Below, piece by piece: positions 50,552 through 62,095 of a stretch of 64,000 bases of DNA. Origin of the DNA: Escherichia coli (GTDB lineage: Bacteria > Pseudomonadota > Gammaproteobacteria > Enterobacterales > Enterobacteriaceae). The position numbers were made by a program, and so were the translations under genes. Numbering within the stretch: the first letter of the stretch is position 1; each line of letters begins with the position of its first letter. Location: assembly GCF_029227855.1 (NCBI RefSeq), contig NZ_CP074358.1; one strand, 5' to 3'. The notes beneath the pieces are model-generated. The model was not told where the DNA came from, did no database searches, and was given only the letters and a program-made list of their open reading frames with translations.

Positions 50552-51283
50552 ATGAAAACAAAAAAATTGATGATGGTTGCACTGGTCAGTTCCACTCTGG
50601 CCCTTTCAGGGTGTGGTGCGATGAGCACAGCAATCAAGAAGCGTAACCTTGAGGTGAAGACTCAGATGAGTGAGACCATCTGGCTTGAACCCGCCAGCGA
50701 ACGCACGGTATTTCTGCAGATCAAAAACACGTCTGATAAAGACATGAGTGGGCTGCAGGGCAAAATTGCTGATGCTGTGAAAGCAAAAGGATATCAGGTG
50801 GTGACTTCTCCGGATAAAGCCTACTACTGGATTCAGGCGAATGTGCTGAAGGCCGATAAGATGGATCTGCGGGAATCTCAGGGATGGCTGAACCATGGTT
50901 ATGAAGGCGCAGCAGTTGGTGCAGCGTTAGGTGCCGGTATCACCGGATATAATTCCAGTTCTGCCGGTGCCACACTCGGTGTGGGCCTTGCTGCCGGTCT
51001 GGTGGGTATGGCTGCAGATGCGATGGTGGAAGATGTGAACTATACCATGATCACGGATGTGCAGATTGCAGAGCGTACTAAGGCAACGGTGACAACGGAC
51101 AATGTTGCCGCCCTGCGTCAGGGCACATCAGGTGCGAAAATTCAGACCAGTACTGAAACAGGTAACCAGCATAAATACCAGACCCGTGTGGTCTCAAATG
51201 CGAACAAGGTTAACCTGAAATTTGAAGAGGCGAAGCCTGTTCTCGAAGACCAGCTGGCCAAATCAATCGCAAATATTCTCTGA
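50552..51283 (+). CDS. traT: TraT surface-exclusion / serum-resistance lipoprotein (243 aa)
   Basis: Lipobox LALSGCGA; start moved to [14 protein letters not shown]. Confidence 0.95.
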   Translation: MKTKKLMMVALVSSTLALSGCGAMSTAIKKRNLEVKTQMSETIWLEPASERTVFLQIKNTSDKDMSGLQGKIADAVKAKGYQVVTSPDKAYYWIQANVLKADKMDLRESQGWLNHGYEGAAVGAALGAGITGYNSSSAGATLGVGLAAGLVGMAADAMVEDVNYTMITDVQIAERTKATVTTDNVAALRQGTSGAKIQTSTETGNQHKYQTRVVSNANKVNLKFEEAKPVLEDQLAKSIANIL

Positions 51284-51290
51284 TTATCTT

Positions 51291-51317
51291 CCGGAGGCTG
51301 GTCTGACCGGCCTCCTG
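51291..51317 (+). terminator. Hairpin after traT (possible partial terminator)
   Basis: ggaggctggtc-t-gaccggcctcc stem; no strong T-run. Confidence 0.4.
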
Positions 51318-51535
51318 ACTGACGCCTCGCTTTGCTCGTTGTCCAACCCCGGAAAGAAATAAAATAAATTTTATTTCTCCCCGGCGTTTCCGAAATAAAT
51401 ATGAAAACACTGAGCGGTTGTGCAAATTCTTTGTGCGACCGTGAAGTGTTGCCGGCGAAGCCGGAATTTAACGGTTATTAATTTTTTCATCATTAATAAT
51501 CAGTCCGACTGACTTTCTTTCTTCGGAATATCATC

Positions 51536-53725
51536 ATGAGTTTTAACGCAAAGGATATGACCCAGGGCGGTCAGATTGCGTCCATGCGTATCCGCATGTT
51601 CAGCCAGATCGCCAATATCATGCTTTACTGCCTGTTTATTTTTTTCTGGATACTCGTTGGTCTGGTTTTATGGGTAAAAATAAGCTGGCAGACGTTTGTG
51701 AACGGCTGTATTTACTGGTGGTGTACCACGCTGGAAGGCATGCGGGATTTAATCAAGTCCCAGCCGGTCTATGAGATCCAGTATTACGGCAAAACCTTCC
51801 GGATGAATGCTGCTCAGGTACTGCATGATAAATATATGATCTGGTGCGGAGAGCAGCTATGGTCCGCATCCGTTCTGGCCACAGTTGTGGCACTGGTTAT
51901 TTGCCTGATTACCTTCTTTGTTGTCTCCTGGATTCTGGGGCGTCAGGGTAAACAACAGAGCGAAAATGAAGTCACAGGTGGTCGTCAGCTGACAGACAAT
52001 CCGAAAGACGTTGCCCGGATGCTGAAAAAAGACGGCAAGGACTCCGATATCCGGATTGGCGACCTGCCGATTATCCGGGATTCTGAAATCCAGAACTTCT
52101 GTCTGCACGGCACGGTCGGGGCCGGTAAGTCGGAAGTTATCCGTCGTCTGGCCAACTACGCCCGTCAGCGCGGTGATATGGTGGTGATTTATGACCGTTC
52201 AGGGGAATTTGTTAAAAGTTACTATGATCCCTCCATCGATAAGATCCTGAATCCGCTGGATGCCCGCTGTGCCGCCTGGGATTTATGGAAGGAGTGTCTG
52301 ACACAGCCGGATTTTGATAATACGGCAAATACCCTGATCCCGATGGGCACAAAAGAGGACCCGTTCTGGCAGGGTTCAGGACGTACCATTTTTGCGGAAG
52401 CGGCGTACCTGATGCGTAATGACCCCAACCGCAGCTACAGCAAACTGGTGGACACACTGCTTTCCATCAAAATCGAAAAACTGCGTACCTTCCTGCGTAA
52501 TTCACCGGCGGCCAACCTGGTGGAAGAGAAAATTGAGAAAACGGCGATTTCCATCCGTGCTGTGCTGACCAACTACGTGAAAGCCATCCGTTACCTGCAG
52601 GGGATTGAGCATAACGGTGAGTCTTTTACCATCCGTGACTGGATGCGGGGTGTCCGGGAAGATCAGAAAAACGGCTGGCTGTTTATCTCGTCGAATGCCG
52701 ACACCCATGCCTCCCTGAAGCCGGTGATCTCCATGTGGCTGTCCATTGCCATTCGTGGTCTGCTGGCAATGGGAGAAAACCGTAACCGTCGTGTGTGGTT
52801 TTTCTGTGATGAGCTACCCACGTTACACAAACTGCCGGACCTGGTGGAGATCCTGCCGGAAGCCCGTAAGTTCGGTGGCTGTTATGTGTTTGGTATCCAG
52901 TCCTATGCCCAGCTGGAAGATATCTACGGTGAGAAAGCGGCTGCCACGCTGTTTGACGTCATGAACACCCGTGCCTTTTTCCGTTCTCCCAGCCATAAGA
53001 TTGCAGAGTTCGCTGCCGGTGAGATTGGTGAGAAAGAGCACCTGAAAGCCAGCGAGCAGTACTCCTACGGTGCTGATCCGGTACGTGACGGGGTATCGAC
53101 CGGTAAGGATATGGAGCGCCAGACGCTGGTCAGTTATTCCGACATTCAGTCTCTGCCGGATTTGACCTGTTATGTCACCCTGCCCGGACCGTATCCGGCA
53201 GTAAAACTCTCACTGAAATATCAGGCACGTCCGAAGGTTGCCCCTGAGTTTATTCCGCGTGACATCAACCCGGAAATGGAGAACCGCCTGAGCGCCGTAC
53301 TTGCCGCAAGGGAAGCAGAAGGTCGTCAGATGGCCAGCCTCTTCGAACCGGATGTGCCGGAAGTTGTTTCCGGAGAAGACGTGACTCAGGCTGAACAGCC
53401 GCAACAGCCGCAACAGCCGCAACAGCCGCAACAGCCGCAACAGCCGGTGTCTCCTGCCATCAACGATAAGAAGTCAGATTCAGGTGTGAATGTTCCGGCA
53501 GGGGGGATCGAGCAGGAGCTGAAAATGAAACCGGAAGAAGAGATGGAACAGCAACTGCCACCCGGGATCAGTGAATCCGGTGAAGTGGTGGATATGGCCG
53601 CTTATGAGGCATGGCAACAGGAAAATCATCCGGACATCCAGCAGCAGATGCAGCGTCGTGAAGAGGTGAACATTAATGTGCACCGGGAGCGCGGGGAGGA
53701 TGTTGAGCCGGGAGATGATTTCTGA
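51536..53725 (+). CDS. traD: TraD type IV coupling protein
   Basis: 729 aa; N-terminal TM segments, Walker [10 protein letters not shown]-terminal (QQP)n tail. Confidence 0.95.
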   Translation: MSFNAKDMTQGGQIASMRIRMFSQIANIMLYCLFIFFWILVGLVLWVKISWQTFVNGCIYWWCTTLEGMRDLIKSQPVYEIQYYGKTFRMNAAQVLHDKYMIWCGEQLWSASVLATVVALVICLITFFVVSWILGRQGKQQSENEVTGGRQLTDNPKDVARMLKKDGKDSDIRIGDLPIIRDSEIQNFCLHGTVGAGKSEVIRRLANYARQRGDMVVIYDRSGEFVKSYYDPSIDKILNPLDARCAAWDLWKECLTQPDFDNTANTLIPMGTKEDPFWQGSGRTIFAEAAYLMRNDPNRSYSKLVDTLLSIKIEKLRTFLRNSPAANLVEEKIEKTAISIRAVLTNYVKAIRYLQGIEHNGESFTIRDWMRGVREDQKNGWLFISSNADTHASLKPVISMWLSIAIRGLLAMGENRNRRVWFFCDELPTLHKLPDLVEILPEARKFGGCYVFGIQSYAQLEDIYGEKAAATLFDVMNTRAFFRSPSHKIAEFAAGEIGEKEHLKASEQYSYGADPVRDGVSTGKDMERQTLVSYSDIQSLPDLTCYVTLPGPYPAVKLSLKYQARPKVAPEFIPRDINPEMENRLSAVLAAREAEGRQMASLFEPDVPEVVSGEDVTQAEQPQQPQQPQQPQQPQQPVSPAINDKKSDSGVNVPAGGIEQELKMKPEEEMEQQLPPGISESGEVVDMAAYEAWQQENHPDIQQQMQRREEVNINVHRERGEDVEPGDDF
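53393..53446 (+). repeat. 9-bp tandem repeat (caacagccg x6, first unit gaacagccg) encoding the TraD QQP tail
   Basis: Read directly from sequence; translates to [18 protein letters not shown]. Confidence 0.9.
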
Positions 53726-56700
53726 TGATGAGTATCGCGCAGGTCAGATCGGCCGGAAGTGCCGGTAACTATTATACCGACAAGGATAATTACTATGTGC
53801 TGGGCAGCATGGGAGAACGCTGGGCCGGCAGGGGGGCTGAACAGCTGGGACTGCAGGGCAGTGTCGATAAGGATGTTTTTACCCGTCTTCTGGAGGGAAG
53901 GCTGCCGGACGGAGCGGATCTAAGCCGCATGCAGGATGGCAGTAACAGGCATCGTCCCGGCTACGACCTGACCTTCTCCGCCCCCAAAAGTGTCTCCATG
54001 ATGGCCATGTTAGGTGGCGATAAGCGCCTGATTGATGCACATAACCAGGCCGTGAACTTTGCTGTTCGTCAGGTGGAGGCGCTGGCCTCCACACGGGTGA
54101 TGACGGACGGACAGTCAGAAACGGTGCTGACCGGTAATCTGGTGATGGCACTGTTTAACCACGACACCAGTCGCGATCAGGAACCACAGTTACACACGCA
54201 TGCGGTGGTGGCTAATGTCACGCAGCATAACGGTGAGTGGAAGACACTGAGCAGTGACAAAGTGGGGAAAACGGGGTTCATTGAGAATGTGTACGCTAAT
54301 CAGATTGCCTTTGGCAGGCTCTATCGGGAAAAACTGAAAGAGCAGGTTGAGGCGCTGGGCTATGAAACCGAAGTGGTGGGTAAGCACGGTATGTGGGAGA
54401 TGCCGGGCGTACCGGTGGAGGCCTTTTCCGGACGCTCACAGGCTATCCGAGAGGCCGTCGGGGAAGATGCCTCGCTGAAATCCCGGGATGTGGCGGCACT
54501 GGATACGCGAAAATCCAAACAGCACGTCGATCCTGAAGTCAGAATGGCTGAATGGATGCAGACGCTGAAGGAAACCGGGTTCGACATCCGGGCATATCGT
54601 GACGCGGCGGATCAGCGTGCGGAGACCCGCACGCAGGCGCCCGGGGCTGTTTCACTGGAGGGGCCGGATGTGCAGCAGGCGGTGACACAGGCGATTGCCG
54701 GATTAAGTGAACGAAAAGTGCAGTTTACGTACACGGACGTGCTGGCCAGAACAGTCGGCATACTGCCGCCGGAAAATGGTGTGATTGAACGGGCACGCGC
54801 CGGTATCGATGAGGCCATCAGCCGTGAGCAGCTCATCCCCCTCGATCGTGAGAAGGGGCTGTTCACGTCCGGGATTCATGTGCTCGATGAGCTGTCAGTC
54901 CGGGCACTCAGTCGTGACATCATGAAACAGAACCGGGTGACCGTACATCCGGAGAAAAGTGTCCCCCGGACGGCCGGTTACAGCGATGCGGTCAGTGTTT
55001 TGGCACAGGATCGCCCGTCGCTGGCTATTGTGTCCGGGCAGGGCGGTGCAGCCGGGCAGCGTGAGCGGGTGGCGGAGCTGGTCATGATGGCCCGGGAGCA
55101 GGGGCGGGAGGTGCAGATTATCGCCGCTGACCGTCGCTCGCAGATGAACCTGAAGCAGGATGAACGGCTGTCCGGTGAGCTGATAACCGGACGTCGTCAG
55201 CTGCAGGAGGGCATGGCCTTCACGCCGGGCAATACTGTTATCGTTGACCAGGGCGAAAAACTCTCCCTGAAAGAGACGTTAACCCTGCTGGACGGTGCTG
55301 CACGTCATAACGTACAGGTCCTGATAACCGACAGCGGGCAGCGAACCGGTACAGGCAGTGCACTGATGGCCATGAAAGATGCCGGGGTGAACACATATCG
55401 CTGGCAGGGGGGAGAACAGCGGCCGGCCACCATCATCAGTGAACCGGACCGTAATGTCCGCTATGCCCGGCTGGCAGGAGATTTTGCGGCCAGCGTGAAA
55501 GCCGGAGAAGAGAACGTGGCACAGGTCAGCGGGGTACGGGAACAGGCCATACTGACACAGGCCATTCGCAGTGAGCTGAAAACACAGGGCGTGCTCGGAC
55601 GCCCGGAGGTAACCATGACCGCCCTGTCGCCGGTCTGGCTGGACAGCCGGAGCCGTTATCTGCGGGATATGTACCGTCCGGGGATGGTGATGGAGCAGTG
55701 GAACCCGGAGACACGCAGTCATGACCGCTATGTTATCGACCGGGTGACGGCGCAGAGTCACAGCCTGACCCTGCGGGATGCGCAGGGTGAAACGCAGGTG
55801 GTGCGTATTTCCTCCCTGGACAGCAGCTGGTCGCTGTTCCGGCCGGAAAAAATGCCGGTGGCAGACGGCGAGCGACTGAGGGTGACAGGGAAAATTCCCG
55901 GACTCCGCGTCTCCGGCGGTGACCGCCTGCAGGTGGCATCCGTCAGTGAAGATGCGATGACGGTTGTTGTGCCGGGGCGGGCTGAACCGGCCTCCCTGCC
56001 TGTGAGCGATTCACCATTCATGGCACTGAAGCTGGAGAACGGCTGGGTGGAAACGCCAGGGCATTCCGTCAGCGACAGTGCGACGGTTTTTGCCTCCGTC
56101 ACACAGATGGCAATGGACAATGCCACCCTGAACGGTCTGGCCCGCAGTGGTCGTGATGTCCGGCTGTATTCCTCACTGGATGAAACCCGTACTGCGGAAA
56201 AACTTGCCCGCCATCCCTCCTTTACGGTGGTTTCTGAGCAGATAAAGGCGCGTGCCGGTGAGACATTGCTGGAAACCGCTATCAGTCTGCAGAAAGCCGG
56301 ACTTCACACGCCGGCACAGCAGGCCATTCATCTGGCCCTTTCTGTGGTGGAAAGTAAAAACCTGGCCTTCAGCATGGTGGACCTGCTGACAGAGGCGAAG
56401 TCGTTTGCTGCAGAAGGAACCAGTTTTGTTGACCTGGGACGGGAAATCAATACGCAGATAAAACGCGGTGATTTACTGCATGTGGATGTGGCAAAAGGCT
56501 ATGGCACAGACCTGCTGGTTTCCCGTGCGTCGTATGAGGCAGAAAAGAGCATTCTTCGCCATATTCTCGAAGGTAAGGAGGCGGTCACGCCGCTGATGGA
56601 GAGAGTACCTGGCGAACTCATGGAGAAACTGACATCAGGACAGCGTGCCGCCACCCGCATGATACTGGAAACGTCCGACCGTTTCACGGTGGTGCAGGGC

Positions 56701-58995
56701 TATGCCGGTGTGGGTAAGACCACACAGTTCCGGGCGGTGATGTCAGCCGTGAACATGCTGCCGGAGAGAGAGCGTCCCCGTGTCGTTGGGCTGGGGCCCA
56801 CGCACCGTGCGGTCGGGGAGATGCGCAGTGCCGGCGTGGATGCGCAGACACTGGCGTCTTTTCTGCATGACACGCAGCTGCAGCAGCGCAGCGGAGAAAC
56901 GCCGGATTTCAGCAACACGCTGTTCCTGCTTGATGAGAGCTCAATGGTGGGCAATACCGACATGGCACGGGCATACGCCCTGATTGCGGCCGGTGGCGGT
57001 CGTGCTGTGGCCAGCGGCGACACGGACCAGCTGCAGGCCATCGCGCCCGGTCAGCCTTTCCGTCTCCAGCAGACGCGCAGTGCTGTCGATGTGGCCATCA
57101 TGAAGGAGATTGTGCGTCAGACGCCGGAACTGCGGGAGGCGGTATACAGCCTGATTAACCGGGATGTGGAAAGGGCACTGTCCGGGCTTGAGAGTGTGAA
57201 ACCGTCTCAGGTGCCACGTCAGGAGGGCGCATGGGCACCGGAGCACTCCGTGACGGAGTTCAGTCACAGCCAGGAAGCGAAACTGGCAGAAGCGCAGCAG
57301 AAGTCGATGCTGAAAGGCGAGGCTTTCCCGGATGTCCCCATGACACTGTATGAAGCCATTGTCCGCGACTATACCGGCAGGACACCGAAAGCACGGGAGC
57401 AGACGCTTATTGTCACGCACCTGAATGAGGACCGGCGCGTGCTGAACAGCATGATTCATGATGCACGGGAAAAGGCCGGTGAGCTGGGGCAGGAGCAGGT
57501 CATGGTGCCTGTCCTGAACACAGCGAATATACGCGACGGGGAGTTGCGTCGTCTCTCCACCTGGGAGACACATCGGGACGCACTTGCCCTGGTGGATAAT
57601 GTGTATCACCGGATTGCCGGTATCAGCAAGGATGACGGGCTGATAACCCTGCAGGATGCGGAAGGTAACACGCGGCTGATTTCGCCCCGGGAGGCGGTGG
57701 CTGAAGGCGTCACACTGTACACTCCGGACACCATCCGGGTGGGAACCGGTGACCGGATGCGCTTCACGAAGAGTGACCGGGAGCGCGGTTATGTGGCCAA
57801 CAGCGTCTGGACGGTGACAGCGGTTTCCGGTGACAGTGTCACGCTGTCGGACGGACAGCAGACCCGGGTGATTCGCCCCGGTCAGGAGCGGGCAGAGCAA
57901 CATATTGACCTGGCCTATGCCATCACCGCCCACGGTGCGCAGGGGGCAAGTGAAACCTTTGCCATTGCGCTTGAAGGCACGGAAGGTAACCGGAAACAGA
58001 TGGCCGGCTTTGAGTCAGCCTACGTGGCCCTGTCGCGTATGAAGCAGCATGTGCAGGTGTATACCGATAACCGTCAGGGCTGGACGGATGCCATTAACAA
58101 TGCCGTACAGAAAGGAACTGCCCACGATGTGCTTGAGCCGAAATCGGACCGGGAGGTCATGAATGCAGAGCGGCTGTTCAGTACGGCGCGGGAGCTGCGG
58201 GACGTGGCGGCCGGCCGTGCCGTTCTCCGTCAGGCAGGGCTGGCCGGGGGAGACAGTCCTGCACGGTTTATTGCACCCGGGCGCAAATATCCGCAGCCGT
58301 ATGTGGCACTGCCGGCTTTTGACCGTAACGGCAAGTCAGCAGGTATCTGGCTGAACCCGCTGACCACGGATGACGGAAATGGGCTGCGGGGCTTCAGTGG
58401 TGAAGGCCGGGTGAAAGGCAGCGGGGATGCGCAGTTCGTGACCCTGCAGGGCAGCCGTAACGGAGAGAGCCTGCTGGCTGATAATATGCAGGATGGTGTC
58501 CGGATTGCCCGTGATAATCCTGACAGCGGTGTGGTGGTAAGAATCGCCGGTGAAGGTCGTCCGTGGAATCCCGGTACCATCACCGGTGGTCGCGTGTGGG
58601 GGGATATCCCGGACAACAGCGTTCAGCCGGGAGCCGGAAATGGCGAACCGGTCACGGCAGAGGTACTGGCACAGCGGCAGGCTGAAGAGGCCATCCGCCG
58701 TGAAACGGAACGCCGTGCGGATGAAATTGTCCGTAAAATGGCAGAGAACAAACCTGACCTGCCGGACGGCAAAACAGAGCAGGCTGTCAGGGATATTGCC
58801 GGGCTGGAGCGTGACCGATCTGCCATATCTGAACGGGAAGCCGCGCTGCCGGAGAGTGTACTGCGTGAACCACAACGGGTGCGGGAAGCGGTCCGGGAGG
58901 TCGCCCGGGAAAATCTGCTGCAGGAGCGACTGCAGCAGATGGAGCGGGATATGGTTCGTGACCTGCAGAAAGAGAAAACCCTGGGCGGAGACTGA
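53725..58995 (+). CDS. traI: TraI relaxase-helicase (MobF family)
   Basis: 1756 aa; N-terminal relaxase (HTH...H.H motifs), two helicase regions with Walker A GYAGVGKTT; start overlaps traD stop (TGATG). Confidence 0.97.
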   Translation: MMSIAQVRSAGSAGNYYTDKDNYYVLGSMGERWAGRGAEQLGLQGSVDKDVFTRLLEGRLPDGADLSRMQDGSNRHRPGYDLTFSAPKSVSMMAMLGGDKRLIDAHNQAVNFAVRQVEALASTRVMTDGQSETVLTGNLVMALFNHDTSRDQEPQLHTHAVVANVTQHNGEWKTLSSDKVGKTGFIENVYANQIAFGRLYREKLKEQVEALGYETEVVGKHGMWEMPGVPVEAFSGRSQAIREAVGEDASLKSRDVAALDTRKSKQHVDPEVRMAEWMQTLKETGFDIRAYRDAADQRAETRTQAPGAVSLEGPDVQQAVTQAIAGLSERKVQFTYTDVLARTVGILPPENGVIERARAGIDEAISREQLIPLDREKGLFTSGIHVLDELSVRALSRDIMKQNRVTVHPEKSVPRTAGYSDAVSVLAQDRPSLAIVSGQGGAAGQRERVAELVMMAREQGREVQIIAADRRSQMNLKQDERLSGELITGRRQLQEGMAFTPGNTVIVDQGEKLSLKETLTLLDGAARHNVQVLITDSGQRTGTGSALMAMKDAGVNTYRWQGGEQRPATIISEPDRNVRYARLAGDFAASVKAGEENVAQVSGVREQAILTQAIRSELKTQGVLGRPEVTMTALSPVWLDSRSRYLRDMYRPGMVMEQWNPETRSHDRYVIDRVTAQSHSLTLRDAQGETQVVRISSLDSSWSLFRPEKMPVADGERLRVTGKIPGLRVSGGDRLQVASVSEDAMTVVVPGRAEPASLPVSDSPFMALKLENGWVETPGHSVSDSATVFASVTQMAMDNATLNGLARSGRDVRLYSSLDETRTAEKLARHPSFTVVSEQIKARAGETLLETAISLQKAGLHTPAQQAIHLALSVVESKNLAFSMVDLLTEAKSFAAEGTSFVDLGREINTQIKRGDLLHVDVAKGYGTDLLVSRASYEAEKSILRHILEGKEAVTPLMERVPGELMEKLTSGQRAATRMILETSDRFTVVQGYAGVGKTTQFRAVMSAVNMLPERERPRVVGLGPTHRAVGEMRSAGVDAQTLASFLHDTQLQQRSGETPDFSNTLFLLDESSMVGNTDMARAYALIAAGGGRAVASGDTDQLQAIAPGQPFRLQQTRSAVDVAIMKEIVRQTPELREAVYSLINRDVERALSGLESVKPSQVPRQEGAWAPEHSVTEFSHSQEAKLAEAQQKSMLKGEAFPDVPMTLYEAIVRDYTGRTPKAREQTLIVTHLNEDRRVLNSMIHDAREKAGELGQEQVMVPVLNTANIRDGELRRLSTWETHRDALALVDNVYHRIAGISKDDGLITLQDAEGNTRLISPREAVAEGVTLYTPDTIRVGTGDRMRFTKSDRERGYVANSVWTVTAVSGDSVTLSDGQQTRVIRPGQERAEQHIDLAYAITAHGAQGASETFAIALEGTEGNRKQMAGFESAYVALSRMKQHVQVYTDNRQGWTDAINNAVQKGTAHDVLEPKSDREVMNAERLFSTARELRDVAAGRAVLRQAGLAGGDSPARFIAPGRKYPQPYVALPAFDRNGKSAGIWLNPLTTDDGNGLRGFSGEGRVKGSGDAQFVTLQGSRNGESLLADNMQDGVRIARDNPDSGVVVRIAGEGRPWNPGTITGGRVWGDIPDNSVQPGAGNGEPVTAEVLAQRQAEEAIRRETERRADEIVRKMAENKPDLPDGKTEQAVRDIAGLERDRSAISEREAALPESVLREPQRVREAVREVARENLLQERLQQMERDMVRDLQKEKTLGGD

Positions 58996-59014
58996 TACAG
59001 GAAGATAAACGCTG

Positions 59015-59761
59015 ATGACAACGGATAACACGAACACAACACGTAATGATTCACTGGCTGCCCGGACCGATACTTGGTTGCAGTCGTTGCTGGTCTGGTC
59101 ACCCGGACAGCGGGATATCATCAAAACGGTGGCACTGGTGCTGATGGTTCTGGACCATGCAAACCGCATTCTACATCTGGACCTGTCGTGAATGTTTCTG
59201 GTCGGGCGTGGGGCCTTTCCGCTGTTTGCCCTGGTGTGGGGGCTGAATCTGTCCCGTCATACGCATATCCGGCAGGAGGCCATTAACCGGCTGTGGGGAT
59301 GGGCGGTGATTGCCCAGTTCGCATATTATCTGGCCGGCTTTCCCTGGTATGAGGGGAATATCCTGTTTGCCTTTGCAGTTGCGGCACAGGTGCTGACATG
59401 GTGTGAAACGCGCACCTGGTGGCGTTCCGCAGAGACCATGTTGCTTCTGGCAATGTGGTTACCTTTCTCCGGCACCAGTTACGGCATTGCCGGGCAGCTG
59501 ATGCTGGCAGTCAACCACAGGCTGTACCGGGCGGAAGACAGAATGGAACGTCTGGCGCTGGTCGCCTGCCTGCTGGCTGTTATTCCGGCGCTTAACCTTG
59601 CCACCAGTGATGCAGCGGCGGTGGCCGGCCTTGTGATGACGGTGCTGACCGTTGGTCTGGTGTCGTGTGCAGGAAAATCATTACCCCGTTTCTGGCCCGG
59701 GGATTTTTTCCCGACGTTCTATGCCTGTCATCTGGCTGTGCTGGGCGTTCTGGCGCTGTGA
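59015..59761 (+). pseudogene. traX: traX (F-pilin acetylase) interrupted by an in-frame TGA at codon 59 (59189-59191)
   Basis: 58-codon ORF from ATG 59015 and the 189-codon ORF 59192-59761 are contiguous in one frame, separated by a single TGA; together they give a TraX-sized polytopic membrane protein. Confidence 0.7.
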
Positions 59762-59815
59762 CGGGTGTGGTATCTTTGGCCGCAAGAGGATGATTCGTCA
59801 GAGGCAGAACACAGC

Positions 59816-60376
59816 ATGACAGAGCAGAAGCGACCGGTACTGACACTGAAGCGGAAGACAGAGGGAACAGCGCCTGTCCGCAGCCGGAAAACCATCATCA
59901 ATGTCACCACGCCACCAAAATGGAAGGTGAAAAAGCAGAAGCTGGCGGAGAAAGCGGCTCGGGAGGCAGAGCTGGCGGCAAAAAAAGCGCAGGCCAGACA
60001 GGCGCTGTCCATTTATCTGAACCTGCCCACACTGGATGAAGCCGTGAACACCCTGAAGCCCTGGTGGCCGGGATTATTTGACGGTGACACCCCCCGGCTT
60101 CTGGCCTGCGGTATCCGGGACGTGTTACTGGAAGACGTGGCGCAGCGGAATATCCCGCTCTCGCATAAAAAACTGCGCAGGGCGCTGAAGGCCATCACCC
60201 GTTCAGAAAGCTATCTGTGTGCCATGAAAGCCGGTGCCTGCCGGTATGACACGGAAGGGTATGTGACGGAGCATATTTCTCAGGAGGAGGAAGCGTATGC
60301 GGCAGAGCGTCTGGATAAAATCCGTCGCCAGAACCGGATAAAGGCAGAACTTCAGGCCGTGCTTGATGAGAAATAA
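59816..60376 (+). CDS. finO: FinO fertility-inhibition RNA chaperone (186 aa), apparently intact
   Basis: [17 protein letters not shown]...; uninterrupted reading frame; hairpin gcctcc-N10-ggaggc after stop. Confidence 0.9.
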   Translation: MTEQKRPVLTLKRKTEGTAPVRSRKTIINVTTPPKWKVKKQKLAEKAAREAELAAKKAQARQALSIYLNLPTLDEAVNTLKPWWPGLFDGDTPRLLACGIRDVLLEDVAQRNIPLSHKKLRRALKAITRSESYLCAMKAGACRYDTEGYVTEHISQEEEAYAAERLDKIRRQNRIKAELQAVLDEK

Positions 60377-61233
60377 AAAAAAGCCTCCATCAGAGAGAGG
60401 AGGCAGGGAAATAAGGCTTAAAAGGAAATAACTTCCGTACCCGAAAGGAAGCCAGTCCACTGAATTATTTACCACAATAATACTGACGACTAAAAGGGAG
60501 GGGCAGAAAAATGAATGGATTCAGAAACAGTTCACGGAACGGTCAGGTCTGGCGCTGGCAGCGTGCCGGAAGCCGGGCCGTTATTCTGGAGGTCAGTGGA
60601 CGCTGGATGGATGCGGCAGAAGCATGGCGACGGGCTGCCGGTGTTGCGCCCCGGACAGACTGGCGGCAGTTTGCCCGAAAAAGGGCTGCACACTGCCACC
60701 GGCGCTGCCGGGGAAGGGTGTAACGAAAAAAGCAGCCTTCATTACTCCTGGAGTCAGAAGGCTGAATAATGCATGAGATTTACTTTTTTAATCTCCGGTC
60801 GGGTAGTATGACCGGACAACTCTGAGTAGCACAGAGTTTTTTTCCGTATTAAGTCGTGATTTTATATTTTGTGATTTATTTCACAAAATAAGGTGTTATT
60901 CAATGTGTGCTGCAATATTCAGGATGCCTGAAATACAGGTGCCATTTATTTGATATGGAGAATAACATGAGGGAATATATTCCACTGGTATTATTTATCT
61001 TTTCATAGCCGGTATTGTCTGCAGATATTTATGGGCAGGTTGTTCGTGTACTGGGCCAGCAGGAAAGTCTGTGCAGAAGCTTACGGTTTGAATAAGTTGA
61101 ACCCCATAAGACTCTGATTAATATAATTTGTGGCACACAGATACTTGCGGGAAAAGTGTTTCGCACTGAATCTTAACTGGAAATGTAAACTATTTTTAAC
61201 ACCCCCAAAATCCTTTTGGGGAACAACTCATGC

Positions 61234-61551
61234 TTACAATTTCTGCCCCATACATTTTCTCCAGGCACTCCCCTCATTACCATTGTCGAGGAACGTAGAG
61301 GTTGCATATGGAATGCCTCTGATTTTTGTTGATGTGAATGGGCCATCAGACGTCGAAGTTGTACGGAGTTTTGATGTTAGTACGTATTTACCACTTATGC
61401 CTTTCTCTGCCAGAGCTCTTGATTTTATGATAACTAAATCTGCACATTTCTCTGCGGCTACATATTGCGGGTCTTTTTCAACCTTTCCAGCACATGCAGT
61501 TATCGTTAAAACGGTAGCGGCGGCTAACAACTTACCTGGTTTCATCTTCAT
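61234..61551 (-). CDS. Putative lipoprotein (105 aa), unknown function
   Basis: Signal peptide with lipobox LTITACAG; modest RBS. Confidence 0.45.
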   Translation of the reverse strand: MKMKPGKLLAAATVLTITACAGKVEKDPQYVAAEKCADLVIIKSRALAEKGISGKYVLTSKLRTTSTSDGPFTSTKIRGIPYATSTFLDNGNEGSAWRKCMGQKL

Positions 61552-61888
61552 ACCTTATTGGGTGTATTAAAAACAGTAGGCTGCCAAAGTCTTAAACAAG
61601 TTTCAATTCTCCATGACTGCTCAACATCAGACAGAGGGAATTCCCATTCTGGACCAGCGGGAGCATACGAACAATAATTTACGGTTTCGCGCTATAGCTG
61701 GCTCAAGTTAGGTTGGACCCTGAATCTCCAGACAACCAATATCTGATCGCGCCAGTGGTGGCAGTTATTAAGCAACAGGGAATGTAGTATTATCGCGGCG
61801 GGTGTCTGAGCCTTTCTGGTTCAGGCAAGACGCAGGTACCAGAAATGCGAAGACCCCACTTGTTAATCCATTAACTCGTGAGGTCTGC

Positions 61889-62095
61889 ATGAAGTACCTT
61901 AACACTACTGATTGTAGCCTCTTCCTTGCAGAGAGGTCAAAGTTTATGACGAAATATGCCCTTATCGGGTTGCTCGCCGTGTGCGCCACGGTGTTGTGTT
62001 TTTCACTGATATTCAGGGAACGGTTATGTGAGCTGAATATTCACAGAGGAAATACAGTGGTGCAGGTAACTCTGGCCTACGAAGCACGGAAGTAA
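61889..62095 (+). CDS. srnB: SrnB/Hok-family membrane toxin (68-aa frame; Hok-like core from internal Met at 61946)
   Basis: MKYLNTTDCSLFLAERSKFMTKYALIGLLAVCATVLCFSLIFRERLCELNIHRGNTVVQVTLAYEARK; hairpin cggggac-ggaa-gtccccg downstream at ~62104-62128. Confidence 0.85.
   Translation: MKYLNTTDCSLFLAERSKFMTKYALIGLLAVCATVLCFSLIFRERLCELNIHRGNTVVQVTLAYEARK

Noticed and set aside
56941-57933. 330-aa ORF antisense to traI (also 58336-59169, 55279-55761 and others on the - strand)
   Set aside because: Fully embedded antisense in a well-supported 1756-aa gene; GC-rich frames stay open by chance; no RBS or operon context.
60511-60723. 70-aa Arg/Trp-rich ORF after finO with an aaagggagggg RBS
   Set aside because: Composition looks like GC-rich intergenic sequence and no motif is recognisable; kept as uncalled. 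Conservation across related plasmids would revive it.
61130-61570. 146-aa + strand ORF
   Set aside because: Overlaps the - strand lipoprotein gene almost entirely and lacks an RBS; the - strand gene has a signal peptide and lipobox.
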